A stretch of DNA of 64,000 nucleotides, from assembly GCA_903875555.1 (NCBI GenBank), contig CAIQWN010000045.1, positions 1,535 to 65,534 of the forward strand. Reading direction: 5' to 3'. Position 1 is the stretch's first letter, and the number at the start of each line of letters is the position of its first letter. The notes beneath the pieces were generated by a model, which searched no databases, was not told the DNA's origin, and worked only from the letters and a program-made list of their open reading frames with translations. Below, in pieces: positions 36,567-47,494 of this stretch. The DNA comes from an uncultured bacterium (GTDB taxonomy: Bacteria; Patescibacteriota; Minisyncoccia; Phycocordibacterales; UBA5272). Both the position numbers and the translations under genes were made by a program.

Positions 36567-38258
36567 ATGGATGATGGCACAAATACAACAACAATAGACA
36601 AAAAAACTTTTCCTATTCCTGTTTTAGAAAAAGAAGACCTAGATTCTGAACTTAAAGAATTGGATACTAAACTGAAAGAACTAGGTACTTCTATTACTTC
36701 TGGTAATGCTGATTTAAAAAAAGAAACAGACGCTTTGTCTACCTTAGAAAAGAAAAGAGGTGTGTTACTTGAGGGAATGGTTTTAAAAAATGAAGAACTT
36801 AAACTTTTAGATGAGAGTAAGTCGGAAAACAAACAAAAAGTAGCCACTTTAAAACAAGAAATTATTAAAATAGAAAAAGAATCAAACGAATTACTGGAAT
36901 CTATTAATAAACTAAATCCTGAAAAAACACAAGAATCTTTAATTGTGTTAGAAAAAACCAAAGATTCTGTTTTAAAAAGATCTTCTGAAGTAGATTTTAC
37001 TTTAAAAAATGCTGAAGTCCTAAGACCTTTTCCAAAGAAACTAAAAACTAGCAGGGATTTAAAAGACCTCTCTAAATATTCACAGTCTTCAAACAAGGGC
37101 GAGAGAATAGAGTTATATAACGATGTAAAAGATGATCCTAATGCTGCAAATCTATTAAGCAACATGTTTAGAGATGATCAGCTTTCTGCCGAGAAAGAGC
37201 ATATTGAAAAAAAGATAGATGAAAAAGCAAAAAATGTTGTGGACGAAGCAAAAAAAGAAATGGAAAGAAGGGCTGAAGAAGCTAAAAAAGTTGTTAAAGA
37301 CATAATGAATGGAAAATCAGTAGGTAAGGAAATTATTTCTCTTCCTATATTAAATGATGTGGTTAATTCAGTAGAAATACCTCTACAAATTGAAAGAAGT
37401 AAAGGTTTGGTTTCTAAAATTTTAGAAGGTCTAAAAAAGAAAAGTGATTTTTTAAAAATGACTCCACACAACAGAAACATTCTTCTAGTTGGTTTACTTA
37501 TGACAATAGGGGTTGGTGTCGTTGTTCGTGCCAATAAAGACACAGAGCTTCCTAATGCTCCACAAAAAAAAGAAGCACTCGTTAAGGAACCTGAAAAATT
37601 AATTTTGCCTGTGCTAATCGAGAAAAAAGAAGCAATAAAAGATGAACCAAAAATAACACCACTTCCAGTAGAAAAGATGGTACCTGTAACTGCACCAGAA
37701 ATAAAAACTGAAAGATTCTTAACATATGACCCAAAACAAAATTGGATGCTTGCAATGGTTCTTGCTGAAAAAATACCAAAAAAGAGCCCAGAAGAGTTAA
37801 ACAGTTTAGTAAAATTTAGAGAGGAAATCAAAAATCTAAAAAATGATGACAATATTAAAAATTATATAAAAAAATATCTAGAAGAAAAAGGTTATCATGG
37901 TTTTGATGATTCAGGCTATGCTTTACTCTCATCAAAAATAAGCACAGACCACACTGACGATGTTGTAATGTATAAAAAAAATACAGTAATGGAGATAATT
38001 GATGAAAAAAAGATTCCACTAACAAAAGCAAGAGCTCTTTCAGTTCTTCAAATGTTCAGAGGTGATGTAGAAAGATCAATAAAAATAGGGGACAGTGAAG
38101 CAATTAGTTCTATAGAACTTCAACCATTGCTTGAAAAATTATATTTATTATCAATAGTAGATAAATTAAATCCCGAAAAACTTTCTGATGAAAAATTACA
38201 AGAAACTAGTTACGTGGAATTTATTAAAACAATTGCCGAAGAAGAAAGAACAAAATAA
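36567..38258 (+). CDS. Hypothetical coiled-coil protein with a central TM helix
   Basis: 563 aa, K/E-rich N-terminal half, TM ILLVGLLMTIGVGVVV. Confidence 0.75.
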   Translation: MDDGTNTTTIDKKTFPIPVLEKEDLDSELKELDTKLKELGTSITSGNADLKKETDALSTLEKKRGVLLEGMVLKNEELKLLDESKSENKQKVATLKQEIIKIEKESNELLESINKLNPEKTQESLIVLEKTKDSVLKRSSEVDFTLKNAEVLRPFPKKLKTSRDLKDLSKYSQSSNKGERIELYNDVKDDPNAANLLSNMFRDDQLSAEKEHIEKKIDEKAKNVVDEAKKEMERRAEEAKKVVKDIMNGKSVGKEIISLPILNDVVNSVEIPLQIERSKGLVSKILEGLKKKSDFLKMTPHNRNILLVGLLMTIGVGVVVRANKDTELPNAPQKKEALVKEPEKLILPVLIEKKEAIKDEPKITPLPVEKMVPVTAPEIKTERFLTYDPKQNWMLAMVLAEKIPKKSPEELNSLVKFREEIKNLKNDDNIKNYIKKYLEEKGYHGFDDSGYALLSSKISTDHTDDVVMYKKNTVMEIIDEKKIPLTKARALSVLQMFRGDVERSIKIGDSEAISSIELQPLLEKLYLLSIVDKLNPEKLSDEKLQETSYVEFIKTIAEEERTK

Positions 38259-38276
38259 ATTTTTAAAATTAAAAAC

Positions 38277-38576
38277 ATGGATCAAGAAATACTATACAAA
38301 CAAATAATAGAGGAATGGGAACTAGAAAATGTACCAGAAGATGATAGAACAGAAATTCTAGAAGAAATTGCTAAAACAATACATACACAATTTTTACTTG
38401 ATGCTTATAACGTGTGTGGTGAAGAAAATTTCAAAGCACTAGAGGCTTCTGTTAATATGGGAAATGAGTTTTATGAAACAACCCTCAAACACACAATTCC
38501 AAACTACGAAGAAATTTTTCAGAGAGCAAAAGAAAAAGTGTACATCTCCTTCAAAAAACAAGCACACCTTAGTTAA
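38277..38576 (+). CDS. Small acidic helical hypothetical protein
   Basis: 99 aa; paralog of 18439-18840. Confidence 0.75.
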   Translation: MDQEILYKQIIEEWELENVPEDDRTEILEEIAKTIHTQFLLDAYNVCGEENFKALEASVNMGNEFYETTLKHTIPNYEEIFQRAKEKVYISFKKQAHLS

Positions 38577-38665
38577 TCGTTAGGAAGTTATTCGTTATTA
38601 GTTAACACAAGTCCAGTTTCGCTTTGCGAAACTGGACTTACGACTAACGAATAACTTCCTAACGA
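38577..38665. repeat. Nested inverted-repeat element, family D
   Basis: 21-bp perfect IR TCGTTAGGAAGTTATTCGTTA (38577-38597 / 38645-38665) around a 14-bp stem (38609-38639); 16-bp solo arm at 20077-20092. Confidence 0.75.
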
Positions 38666-38695
38666 ACAACGAAACGATTATGTTAAACTCTTTTA

Positions 38696-40633
38696 ATGAC
38701 AAAATACGTAATCGGACTTAACGAAAGACAAAAAGACGCTATTAAATACACTGAAGGACCATTACTTATTTTGGCTGGGGCTGGGGCTGGGAAAACTAAA
38801 ACCATAACTGAAAGAATTGTTCAAATAATTAAAAACGGGGTAAACCCAACAAATGTTTTAGCGGTAACTTTTACAAATAAAGCCGCAAGTGAGATGCGTG
38901 AAAGAATTACTCATCGATTAATAGAAGAAAAAATTGCTGAAATTAATCAATACGTTGAAAAACCTATAATAAAAACTTTTCACTCTCTCGGACTTATGAT
39001 GTTATCTGAACAAAGTGAAAATGTGGGATTACACAAACACCCAACAATACTCGATTCGTCTGATTCTCTTTCTATAATAAAATCTGCTTGTGAAAAATTA
39101 GGAGTTGATACTAAGACACATGACCCATCAAAAATAAGAAACATTATCTCACGAGAGAAAGGTGACTTTACTTCTGTGTCTGAATACGAAAAAAAGGTAG
39201 TGAGCGCACAAATGGAAATAGTATTATCTGTGTGGCGACTTTATGAGGAGGAATTAAAAAATCAAAAAGCAGTAGATTTCGATGATTTAATTATAAAAAC
39301 TGTTTTAATGTTAGAAAAATACAAAAATATAAGAGATTACTATCAAGATAGATTTAAATATATACATATAGACGAGTATCAGGATACCAATGCTGCACAA
39401 TATGCTTTGGTTAAATTATTGGTCAACGAAAAAACAAATAATCTTTGTGTGGTGGGGGACACTGATCAAAATATTTATTCTTGGCGAGGAGCAAATCTAA
39501 AAAACATAATGAATTTCGAACATGATTTTCATAATACAAAAATTGTTTTACTTGAAGAAAATTATCGCTCTACAAAAAATATTCTTTCTCTTGCTAATAA
39601 TACAATTAAAAAAAATACTGTTCGTAAAGATAAAAATTTATTCACTTCAAAAGAAGAAGGGGACAAAATAGAAATTTGTCCTGCGTGGGATGAGGGAAGT
39701 GAGGCAGAAATGATTGCCAAAAAATGTAAAGATTTATTAGACAGGGGTGTTGATGGGAAAAATATAGCTATTTTATATAGAGCAAATTTTCAATCGCGAG
39801 TTCTTGAAGAGTTTTTTATAAAAGAAGGGGTTGAATATAACTTATTAGGAACAAAATTTTTTGAGAGAAAAGAAATTAAAGATGTAATGAGTTATTTACG
39901 TGCAGCACTCAACAGGGATTCACAGCCAGATTTAAAAAGAGTTTTTGATACACCCAAAAAGGGAATAGGTAAGACGAGTGTGTTAAAAATTTTTACAGGT
40001 GAGGAGTTACCGCCAAAAACACAAATAAAAATAAATAATGTTTATGAGTTTTTAGATAAAATAAAAACACTACTCGACACAGAAAAACTTTCTCATATCA
40101 TGCAAATGATAATTGTTGATTCTGGAATGGAAAAAGAAATGTTGGAAGGAAGTGACGAAGACAAAGAAAGACTAGAGAACGCGCGCGAACTTGTTTCTTT
40201 CACTTTAAAATATGATGAAAAGGTGGCAAGTGAAATCATTCATGAGTTTCTAGAAGAGGTAGGACTTATGAGTGACCAAGACAATGACAAAAAGGAGCAT
40301 AATGGGGTCAGACTTATGACTGTTCATTCATCTAAAGGACTCGAGTATGATTATATTTTTATTTCTGGGTTAGAACAAGATTTATTCCCACATAAAAATA
40401 TCGGTAATAAAAAAAGAGGTGTTGAGGAAGAGGAAGAAGAGAGAAGATTATTTTATGTGGCGGTTACTCGTGCTAAAAAAGTTCTGTATCTTTGTTATGC
40501 GGAATTAAGAACAATATTCGGGCAAAAACAAATTAATGCTCCGAGTGAATTTCTAGAAGATGTACCAGAAGAAATTAGAAATGACAACGATTTGTATTAT
40601 AAACAAAACGGTGGTAAGGTGGTTTACATATAA
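38696..40633 (+). CDS. pcrA: ATP-dependent DNA helicase UvrD/PcrA
   Basis: AGAGAGKT, TFTNKAA, DEYQDTN, LEENYRST, MTVHSSKGLE, EERRLFYVAVTRA. Confidence 0.96.
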   Translation: MTKYVIGLNERQKDAIKYTEGPLLILAGAGAGKTKTITERIVQIIKNGVNPTNVLAVTFTNKAASEMRERITHRLIEEKIAEINQYVEKPIIKTFHSLGLMMLSEQSENVGLHKHPTILDSSDSLSIIKSACEKLGVDTKTHDPSKIRNIISREKGDFTSVSEYEKKVVSAQMEIVLSVWRLYEEELKNQKAVDFDDLIIKTVLMLEKYKNIRDYYQDRFKYIHIDEYQDTNAAQYALVKLLVNEKTNNLCVVGDTDQNIYSWRGANLKNIMNFEHDFHNTKIVLLEENYRSTKNILSLANNTIKKNTVRKDKNLFTSKEEGDKIEICPAWDEGSEAEMIAKKCKDLLDRGVDGKNIAILYRANFQSRVLEEFFIKEGVEYNLLGTKFFERKEIKDVMSYLRAALNRDSQPDLKRVFDTPKKGIGKTSVLKIFTGEELPPKTQIKINNVYEFLDKIKTLLDTEKLSHIMQMIIVDSGMEKEMLEGSDEDKERLENARELVSFTLKYDEKVASEIIHEFLEEVGLMSDQDNDKKEHNGVRLMTVHSSKGLEYDYIFISGLEQDLFPHKNIGNKKRGVEEEEEERRLFYVAVTRAKKVLYLCYAELRTIFGQKQINAPSEFLEDVPEEIRNDNDLYYKQNGGKVVYI

Positions 40634-40639
40634 CTATTT

Positions 40640-41425
40640 ATGAAACCAAAAAAGTCATTTGGGCAAAACTTTTTAACATCTATTCCGGCAAGGAACGAGA
40701 TTGTAAAAGCGGGAGATTTAAAATTGGGAGATGTTGTTTTAGAAATTGGTCCAGGAAAAGGAATTCTTACAGAAAAAATGTTAGAGGAGGGAGCAACAGT
40801 TTACGCGGTTGAAAAAGACAGGGAGTTAATACCAATACTTACAGAAAAATTTGCGAAGAACATTAAGGAAAGTAAGCTAATTTTAATAAACGACGATATT
40901 TTGAATTTTAGTTTTGAAAACTTAAAATTAAAAATTATAAATTATAAATTAATTGCTAATATTCCATACAACATAACTGGTGCAATCATAGAAAAATTTT
41001 TAAGCGAGGAAAACAAACCAAATTTGATGGTTATACTTGTGCAAAAGGAAGTTGCAGAAAGGGTCGTGGCACGAGACAATAAAGAATCTATACTTTCTCT
41101 TTCGGTAAAAGTTTATGGTGAACCAAAAATTATTTATAAAGTAAACAAAGGGAGTTTTTTTCCTATTCCAAAAGTAGATAGTGCTGTTTTAAAAATTTCT
41201 AACATATCGGACAGAAATTTTGAAAATAAAAAACACAAAAAAAACTTTTTCAAAGTTGTTAAAGCCGGGTTTTCTCATAAAAGAAAGTTTTTGATTAGTA
41301 ATTTGAAAGAAAAGATTCCTGAAATAAATTGGTATGAGGCATTTACTAAAAATAATTTAAATGAAAAAACAAGAGCCGAAGATATAACTTTAAAAAACTG
41401 GCTCATGATTTCTAAAAATATTTAA
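40640..41425 (+). CDS. rsmA: 16S rRNA dimethyladenosine transferase
   Basis: KKSFGQNFL, LEIGPGKG, ANIPYNIT, QKEVAER, PKVDSA. Confidence 0.98.
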   Translation: MKPKKSFGQNFLTSIPARNEIVKAGDLKLGDVVLEIGPGKGILTEKMLEEGATVYAVEKDRELIPILTEKFAKNIKESKLILINDDILNFSFENLKLKIINYKLIANIPYNITGAIIEKFLSEENKPNLMVILVQKEVAERVVARDNKESILSLSVKVYGEPKIIYKVNKGSFFPIPKVDSAVLKISNISDRNFENKKHKKNFFKVVKAGFSHKRKFLISNLKEKIPEINWYEAFTKNNLNEKTRAEDITLKNWLMISKNI

Positions 41426-41504
41426 TTACAGGCCCGGCCTGTAATTTCTTAGGACTGTGGAAAAGAAAAGGGGATTAAAGTGATCGGTGGTTTATAATGA
41501 GTCT

Positions 41505-42458
41505 ATGGACATGACAAATATTAAAAATAGAATTCTTTTAGTGTGTGGATTTTTTGTAATAGTTTTAATAATTGTTTTTTTGTTTTCAAAAAACTTATTT
41601 GGTAGTAAAAAAGTGACGAACACTAATTTAGGACAACAGAATGATTTGTTGGTTATCCAAAAAATAGAGGGAGGGGATTTGAATGCCGACACCGACGGTG
41701 ACGGACTTAAAAATTGGGAAGAAGCTTTGCTGGGAACAAATCCTAATATTAAAGATAATCCAAATCAAAACATAGAAGGTTCGACTAGTCCTCAATTCAC
41801 TCCGATTGCAAAAGATGATCCATTAAATGATGTAAACAACCTAACGGCACAATTTTCAAAAAATGCATACACAATGGCTAGTTATTTAAACTCAAATGGT
41901 GTGAGTGATAATCAAACCATAGACGAAGTAAGTAAAGGTTTAATTTCTGGAGAAATAACAAAGTTGCTTATCAAAAAATACACAGTAGATGATTTAAAAA
42001 ATGTAGACAAAAACGATACAACAACCTTAAAAAATTATGGCAATCAACTAGCAAATTATGTTGATACCTCTTTCAAGATTATCTTAAACATAGACGAAGA
42101 AAAAATTCTAAACACTTACACTCAAAGTAAAGACGCAAAAGATCTTAGTAAATTAAAAACAAAAATTGATTCTTTGGAAACATTACAAAGTAATTTGAAA
42201 AATATGATCGTTCCAAAAGTTGCTGCCCAAAATCATTTGAATATTTTAAATAGCACAGCATCTTATATCGCTATTTTAAAAAATATAAACACCGTAAACA
42301 CAGACCCTATAAGAGCAGTTGTTGGATATAAAGCGCTTCCACAAATTCTTTTAAATTTCTTTAATAATTTTATTGATCTTAATAAATTCTTTAAAGAAAA
42401 TAAAGTTACTTTTTCAAATAATGAAAAATGGTTCGTGTTTATTAATAAAACAAAATAA
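41505..42458 (+). CDS. Membrane-anchored hypothetical protein with a Ca-binding DxDxDG motif
   Basis: N-terminal TM; DTDGDGLKNWEE..LGTNP. Confidence 0.75.
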   Translation: MDMTNIKNRILLVCGFFVIVLIIVFLFSKNLFGSKKVTNTNLGQQNDLLVIQKIEGGDLNADTDGDGLKNWEEALLGTNPNIKDNPNQNIEGSTSPQFTPIAKDDPLNDVNNLTAQFSKNAYTMASYLNSNGVSDNQTIDEVSKGLISGEITKLLIKKYTVDDLKNVDKNDTTTLKNYGNQLANYVDTSFKIILNIDEEKILNTYTQSKDAKDLSKLKTKIDSLETLQSNLKNMIVPKVAAQNHLNILNSTASYIAILKNINTVNTDPIRAVVGYKALPQILLNFFNNFIDLNKFFKENKVTFSNNEKWFVFINKTK

Positions 42459-42464
42459 AATTAT

Positions 42465-44546
42465 ATGAAAAAAATTCTTCCAATTTTAATAATTACATTA
42501 TCTATGTCTGTTGGTTTTACACCAACAAAAGCACTTGGAGATATAGTTGAGTGTGTAAACTGTTCTGAGGTTGGTACACAAAATACTTCTTGGTTTGAAC
42601 AAAAACTACAATCTATTCAAGACAAAATGAACATGGGGGCTAACGTTGAAAAAAATGTAAAAAGTAGTATTACCGATCCAATAATGAACGCGCTTCTCTC
42701 TTCTGCGATAGACACAACAAAACAATCACTAAATAATTGGATACAAGGAGGTTTCCAAGGTAACCCGCTCGTAGCTATAAAACCAGAAACTTATTTAAAC
42801 AATGTTGGGAAGAATGTAATCAGAATTAAAATAGGGGAAATATCTAATTCTACAGACAAAAATAAGGGGACTGTTATAAAAAATATTGTTTATAGTGAAA
42901 GAGCAAAACAAAAAAGTATAACAGAGAGAACACAGTCTACACTCGCATCAGATATTAGACAAGACACCTGTACGGATTCAAATCTTAGTAACTACGCAAC
43001 CAAATCTATTACATCACTAGCGGATACTAATTCTCTTTTCTATAAAAACTGTATAAACAATGGAGGAAGTGCAGATACTTGTGATCAAGGTCGTGCTAAT
43101 TTAAACGCTGAAAGTGATGCAACACTTAGTAGTCGCATAGCAGCAAGAAAAAAACAGCTCTATGACAGTCTGTGTCCGCCAGATAAAGAACAAGCCCTGC
43201 TTGATTGTTACTATAATGATAGAAGTGGTCTATGTTTTTCTATGACTGCTTGGGTAGATACCAATCCAAACAACACAGTAGATGGACACACTGCCGAAGT
43301 TGCAAGACTTACAGACGAAGCTGCAGCTGCAAAAGTTGCTCTTGCTGCAAACGATACAAAAGATGGATACATTTCTCAAAAAGATTCTAACGGAAACATT
43401 ATTACACCAGCAGCCATCGTAGCAGAAACTGATAAAATAATTTCTACTGAGTCATCAAAAAGTGCTTTCTATAAAAGTGGTAGTGATTTAACTACTTCAC
43501 TTATTAATAAATTAATAAAAGGTGGACTTAGTTTTCTTAGTAAACAAACAAAGGGGACACTTGCTCAAAGTGGTATAAACAGTACTGTTTTAGATAATTT
43601 TGGTGATTTTGGTAACCTTAATGGGATAGATCTCAATAAAATATTACTATCGGGACAAACCCAAAGTACAGTAAAAGCAATTTATCCAGCAGGAAGCTGT
43701 GGTGCTGACGATCAATGTTATTCAGGATGTATACAAAGCGGACAAATTATTTATCCAGACGGAGTATGTGACACGGTGACGAGTTCTGGTGGTTATAGTT
43801 GTAAATCACAAGATTGTATAACAAAATGTTCCGGTATGATGCAACTTGTAAATAATATTTGTTCTATAAAACCAGCAAGCACCACAGGAAATGACTCTGG
43901 GTCAAACATGTTAGCAGATATGACAAACGATGAGCACGACGCTTTAATTAGTCCAATGCTTAATCGTTTAACATTAGACATCAAAACATTTTCAGCGATA
44001 GTGAATGCTTATGGCACATACACAAGTGATGTTGGTAATTATGTTAATCAAATACAAAACGCTGCTTTGGTTGGATGTTATACACAAATACAAAATGGTG
44101 CTGATACTTATAAAAACCAAGTTGATCAATATAAGAAAAAACAAGTAACCGATCATTACAACTCGCTACTATCAACTTACCAAGGAAATATAAGTGGTTG
44201 GAAATCAAATCTGGATAATCGTTTAAATTATTTAAAAAATATAAAAGCTGGTATAGACGACACAATAAATCAAAGCAATAATGGTATTTCTCGTGCAAAC
44301 AGCACTATTCAAAAATTAATCACATCACGAAACAAAGAAGAAATTAATACTACCTACTTCTCATATAATGACACAACTGGAAACTCTCCAACTGCTGGCT
44401 CTGAAGGTCTTGTTGAACCAAAAAAATTAGAATTGCAATATAATGTCTCAACTTATAACACAGACACTTTGGCACCGATGACTAATAGTTGTAATCAAAT
44501 TAAAAATACAATAGACCAAGATATGGCGAGTTTCATACAACATTAA
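42465..44546 (+). CDS. Large secreted cysteine-containing protein in the T4SS-like cluster
   Basis: Signal peptide, WIQGGFQGNP motif, multiple Cys pairs, helical C-terminus. Confidence 0.7.
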   Translation: MKKILPILIITLSMSVGFTPTKALGDIVECVNCSEVGTQNTSWFEQKLQSIQDKMNMGANVEKNVKSSITDPIMNALLSSAIDTTKQSLNNWIQGGFQGNPLVAIKPETYLNNVGKNVIRIKIGEISNSTDKNKGTVIKNIVYSERAKQKSITERTQSTLASDIRQDTCTDSNLSNYATKSITSLADTNSLFYKNCINNGGSADTCDQGRANLNAESDATLSSRIAARKKQLYDSLCPPDKEQALLDCYYNDRSGLCFSMTAWVDTNPNNTVDGHTAEVARLTDEAAAAKVALAANDTKDGYISQKDSNGNIITPAAIVAETDKIISTESSKSAFYKSGSDLTTSLINKLIKGGLSFLSKQTKGTLAQSGINSTVLDNFGDFGNLNGIDLNKILLSGQTQSTVKAIYPAGSCGADDQCYSGCIQSGQIIYPDGVCDTVTSSGGYSCKSQDCITKCSGMMQLVNNICSIKPASTTGNDSGSNMLADMTNDEHDALISPMLNRLTLDIKTFSAIVNAYGTYTSDVGNYVNQIQNAALVGCYTQIQNGADTYKNQVDQYKKKQVTDHYNSLLSTYQGNISGWKSNLDNRLNYLKNIKAGIDDTINQSNNGISRANSTIQKLITSRNKEEINTTYFSYNDTTGNSPTAGSEGLVEPKKLELQYNVSTYNTDTLAPMTNSCNQIKNTIDQDMASFIQH

Positions 44547-44606
44547 ACACAAACAACGGTTCAGGGTACAGTAATTACTACAACCCTAGATAGCAACTAA
44601 GAATAA

Positions 44607-44664
44607 GAAACAAAATAATACTAGTGGCGAAAGATTACTTTCGCCACTAGTATTATTTTGTTTC
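44607..44664. terminator. Long bidirectional hairpin terminator
   Basis: 27-bp perfect stem with ATTA loop. Confidence 0.8.
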
Positions 44665-44716
44665 AACCAACCATTTCTCTAACATTTCCCTAATATTTTT
44701 ATGTTACAATAATGAA

Positions 44717-47485
44717 ATGAAAAAGGGTTTTATTTTCCTTCTTTTAGTCATATCTTTTGGTGTGTTTGGTGTGGGGAAGGTGAATGCAGATGCAACACTA
44801 GATACATTAAACGAGAAATTAGACTGGAATCGTGGTACCTATAATAGTTGTATACAAAATAGAGTCAAACTTGAAACTAACTGTGCTGCACAACTTACTG
44901 CTTTTACTACAGCATATAACAATGTTTTAAATTATGATGGTGTGTCTGCGTCTTTGAAAGACACTATGTCTATGTCTCTAAAAACTTACACTGACTGTAT
45001 GGATCGTAACAAACAAGATATCAGTAAATGCCAAAACGAACTTAACCATCTTCAAAATGTTAACACTGCTATTAATAATGTAGAAGGAACAAATAATGCG
45101 CCTAAAGATATCTATGCTGACTGTAACAATAAAACGGGAGCAGAGGCCTCGTCATGTAGAGCAAACGCTCTCGCTTTAGATTGTAGAAACAGTAATTACG
45201 GTAGTAATATTCCAAAAGCTTGCAAAACTATACTAGAAGGTCAAGACAATGCAACAAAGACACTACTCAACGAGCAATTAATAGCAAATAAAAAAAATAA
45301 TCCTTGTGGTGTAAGTTTTATTCCTGGCATAGACTCTTTTAACCTAATAGACTGTGCTGATTCTCTTGTTACTAAATTCATACAATCAACCCTAATCAAA
45401 TACGCACAAATCCTTCTTTATTTTGCCGCCATGACACTTAATGAATCTATACGTTTTGCAATTTTTGATGCTAACGGTAGTGTGTCTCATGTTATTACAG
45501 AACTATATCCTGTGTGGCAATTAATAAGACAACTGGTTGATTATTGTGTTTTGTTTGCGACTCTTTATCTTGGGGCAATGTACATTATGAATATTGAAGC
45601 AGGAAAACAATTTATAGAAAAGCATGTCCCTTGGCTTATTTTGTTCGCTTTGTTTGTTAACTTTTCATATCCAGCAACAAAGGCCATGAAAGACGTCTCT
45701 AATATTATTTCTCTAAAAATTTATGCTTCAACTGTTGGTGGGGAAGTGCTGAATGATAGATTTGGTGCGGGTAATATTATAATGAGTAGTCTTGGTTTGC
45801 CAAGCTTAGTTGGCACAGTAACAGACTCAGGAGGAACATTAGGAAGTAGTGGTGCTGATATTTTAAAAAACACAACAAGCACAATACCATCGCTACTAGT
45901 GTTTGTTATGATAATGTTTATTGCTTTTATTTTTATAATTATTGCTTTCCTAATGATTATGAGTAGTATTGTTTGTGTTTTTATAATTACAGTCTCTCCT
46001 ATTTTATTAATACAAAAAATAATACCAAAACTGGACAACCTTGCTTCAAAAATAAGAGAAGAATTTTTTAATGCTCTTGCCCTACCTGTTGTTTTTACTT
46101 TAATGTTTTTCTTAACAACACAAGTAATAACAAAACTTGCACCATCTCTTCCAAGTTCGTCAGGAGCAGGAGGGCCTACTCTTGTTGTACAAATATTTAA
46201 TGTGGTTTTGATGACTATTTCCTTATGGATAATGTTTAAGGCTACAAAATCTGTAAGCGGAACATTTGGTAAGACAGTAGAAGAATGGGGAGGGAAAGCA
46301 GCTGGTCTTGCCATGATGGCAACACCCGCCATGGCAATGAGAGCAACCGCAGGAAGACTGGGCGCAGGAATGTTAAATTCAAACACAGCTATTGGTGGAT
46401 GGATTGATAAAAACAGAGGAACAATGCTTGGAGACTCATTTCATAAACTTGGCGGAGGTCTTGCGACTAGCACTTTTGATATGAGAAATGCTAAAGGTAT
46501 GCGAGAGTTGGGAGGCATGGGAGGAATTAAAGAAATGGGAACAATGGGAAGTAAAGAAACATTTAAAAACACACTAGACACAAAAGGAAGAAAGCTCGCA
46601 AAAAATGTTGGAGAAACAAAGAGCGAAGAAGGGAAGGAGAGACTACTTAGAAATGTAGGGAAGTATTCTTTGATGTCTCACGAACAAGATTATCTTCGAG
46701 AACAATTAAATAAAAACACAAACATAGTAACTGGGGAGAAAAAACGTGCTAATTATGACAAATCTTCGGTAGGCGAACAATATAAAATATTAAGTGACGA
46801 CCAAGAAGAAGCAATGAAAATAAACAAAGGAATAAAGGATGGAAAAATTACTACAGCCGAAGCTTCAAACGGACCAAAAACAAATTCAGGTTACAAAATG
46901 GGCAATGTCGTTCTTCCGGAAGATAGAAAAAAAGAAGAAAATCAAAAAGAAAAACTAAATAAAAAAATAGAAAATATTTCAGAAGAATATAAAAAAGCAG
47001 CAGGGGAAGACAAACAAAAAATTTATGAAAAACATTCAAATTACAGCGACTCAAAAGACATCCACGAGGCCTTGCAAAACATAGATAGAAACGACACAAA
47101 AAACACTTTCGAATATGACAACAAGAACACATTCGAGGGAAATATAGGGACTGTGCACGATGAAGCAAACAAAGAACATGAAGAGAGAAGAAGAGAAGAG
47201 GTGCAAAATAAATATAACGAGCTTTCTGGTGAAAATAAACAAACATACCACGAATCTCTTTCTCCTGAGGACAAAGAGATGTTAAAATCAAATGACGAAG
47301 AAGAAGCGCATAACACTACTGATAGTTCTTGGGATATGAAGCAAGAAGCTAAACACGATTATCTTTCTCATTTACAAAAACTTCATAAAGAAAATGAATC
47401 AGTTAAAAAAGAAAGTGAAGACTTTGCAACAAAATTTGTAAAAGGAGCACCAAGCGAAAGAAACAGCTTCGAAAAAGCAGCTTAA
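44717..47485 (+). CDS. VirB6/TrbL-like polytopic membrane protein
   Basis: Signal peptide, Cys-rich extracellular N-terminus, TM core (ALFVNFS), Gly/Ala-rich region, charged tail; upstream of PrgI and VirB4. Confidence 0.7.
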   Translation: MKKGFIFLLLVISFGVFGVGKVNADATLDTLNEKLDWNRGTYNSCIQNRVKLETNCAAQLTAFTTAYNNVLNYDGVSASLKDTMSMSLKTYTDCMDRNKQDISKCQNELNHLQNVNTAINNVEGTNNAPKDIYADCNNKTGAEASSCRANALALDCRNSNYGSNIPKACKTILEGQDNATKTLLNEQLIANKKNNPCGVSFIPGIDSFNLIDCADSLVTKFIQSTLIKYAQILLYFAAMTLNESIRFAIFDANGSVSHVITELYPVWQLIRQLVDYCVLFATLYLGAMYIMNIEAGKQFIEKHVPWLILFALFVNFSYPATKAMKDVSNIISLKIYASTVGGEVLNDRFGAGNIIMSSLGLPSLVGTVTDSGGTLGSSGADILKNTTSTIPSLLVFVMIMFIAFIFIIIAFLMIMSSIVCVFIITVSPILLIQKIIPKLDNLASKIREEFFNALALPVVFTLMFFLTTQVITKLAPSLPSSSGAGGPTLVVQIFNVVLMTISLWIMFKATKSVSGTFGKTVEEWGGKAAGLAMMATPAMAMRATAGRLGAGMLNSNTAIGGWIDKNRGTMLGDSFHKLGGGLATSTFDMRNAKGMRELGGMGGIKEMGTMGSKETFKNTLDTKGRKLAKNVGETKSEEGKERLLRNVGKYSLMSHEQDYLREQLNKNTNIVTGEKKRANYDKSSVGEQYKILSDDQEEAMKINKGIKDGKITTAEASNGPKTNSGYKMGNVVLPEDRKKEENQKEKLNKKIENISEEYKKAAGEDKQKIYEKHSNYSDSKDIHEALQNIDRNDTKNTFEYDNKNTFEGNIGTVHDEANKEHEERRREEVQNKYNELSGENKQTYHESLSPEDKEMLKSNDEEEAHNTTDSSWDMKQEAKHDYLSHLQKLHKENESVKKESEDFATKFVKGAPSERNSFEKAA

Positions 47486-47494
47486 AAAAATAAT

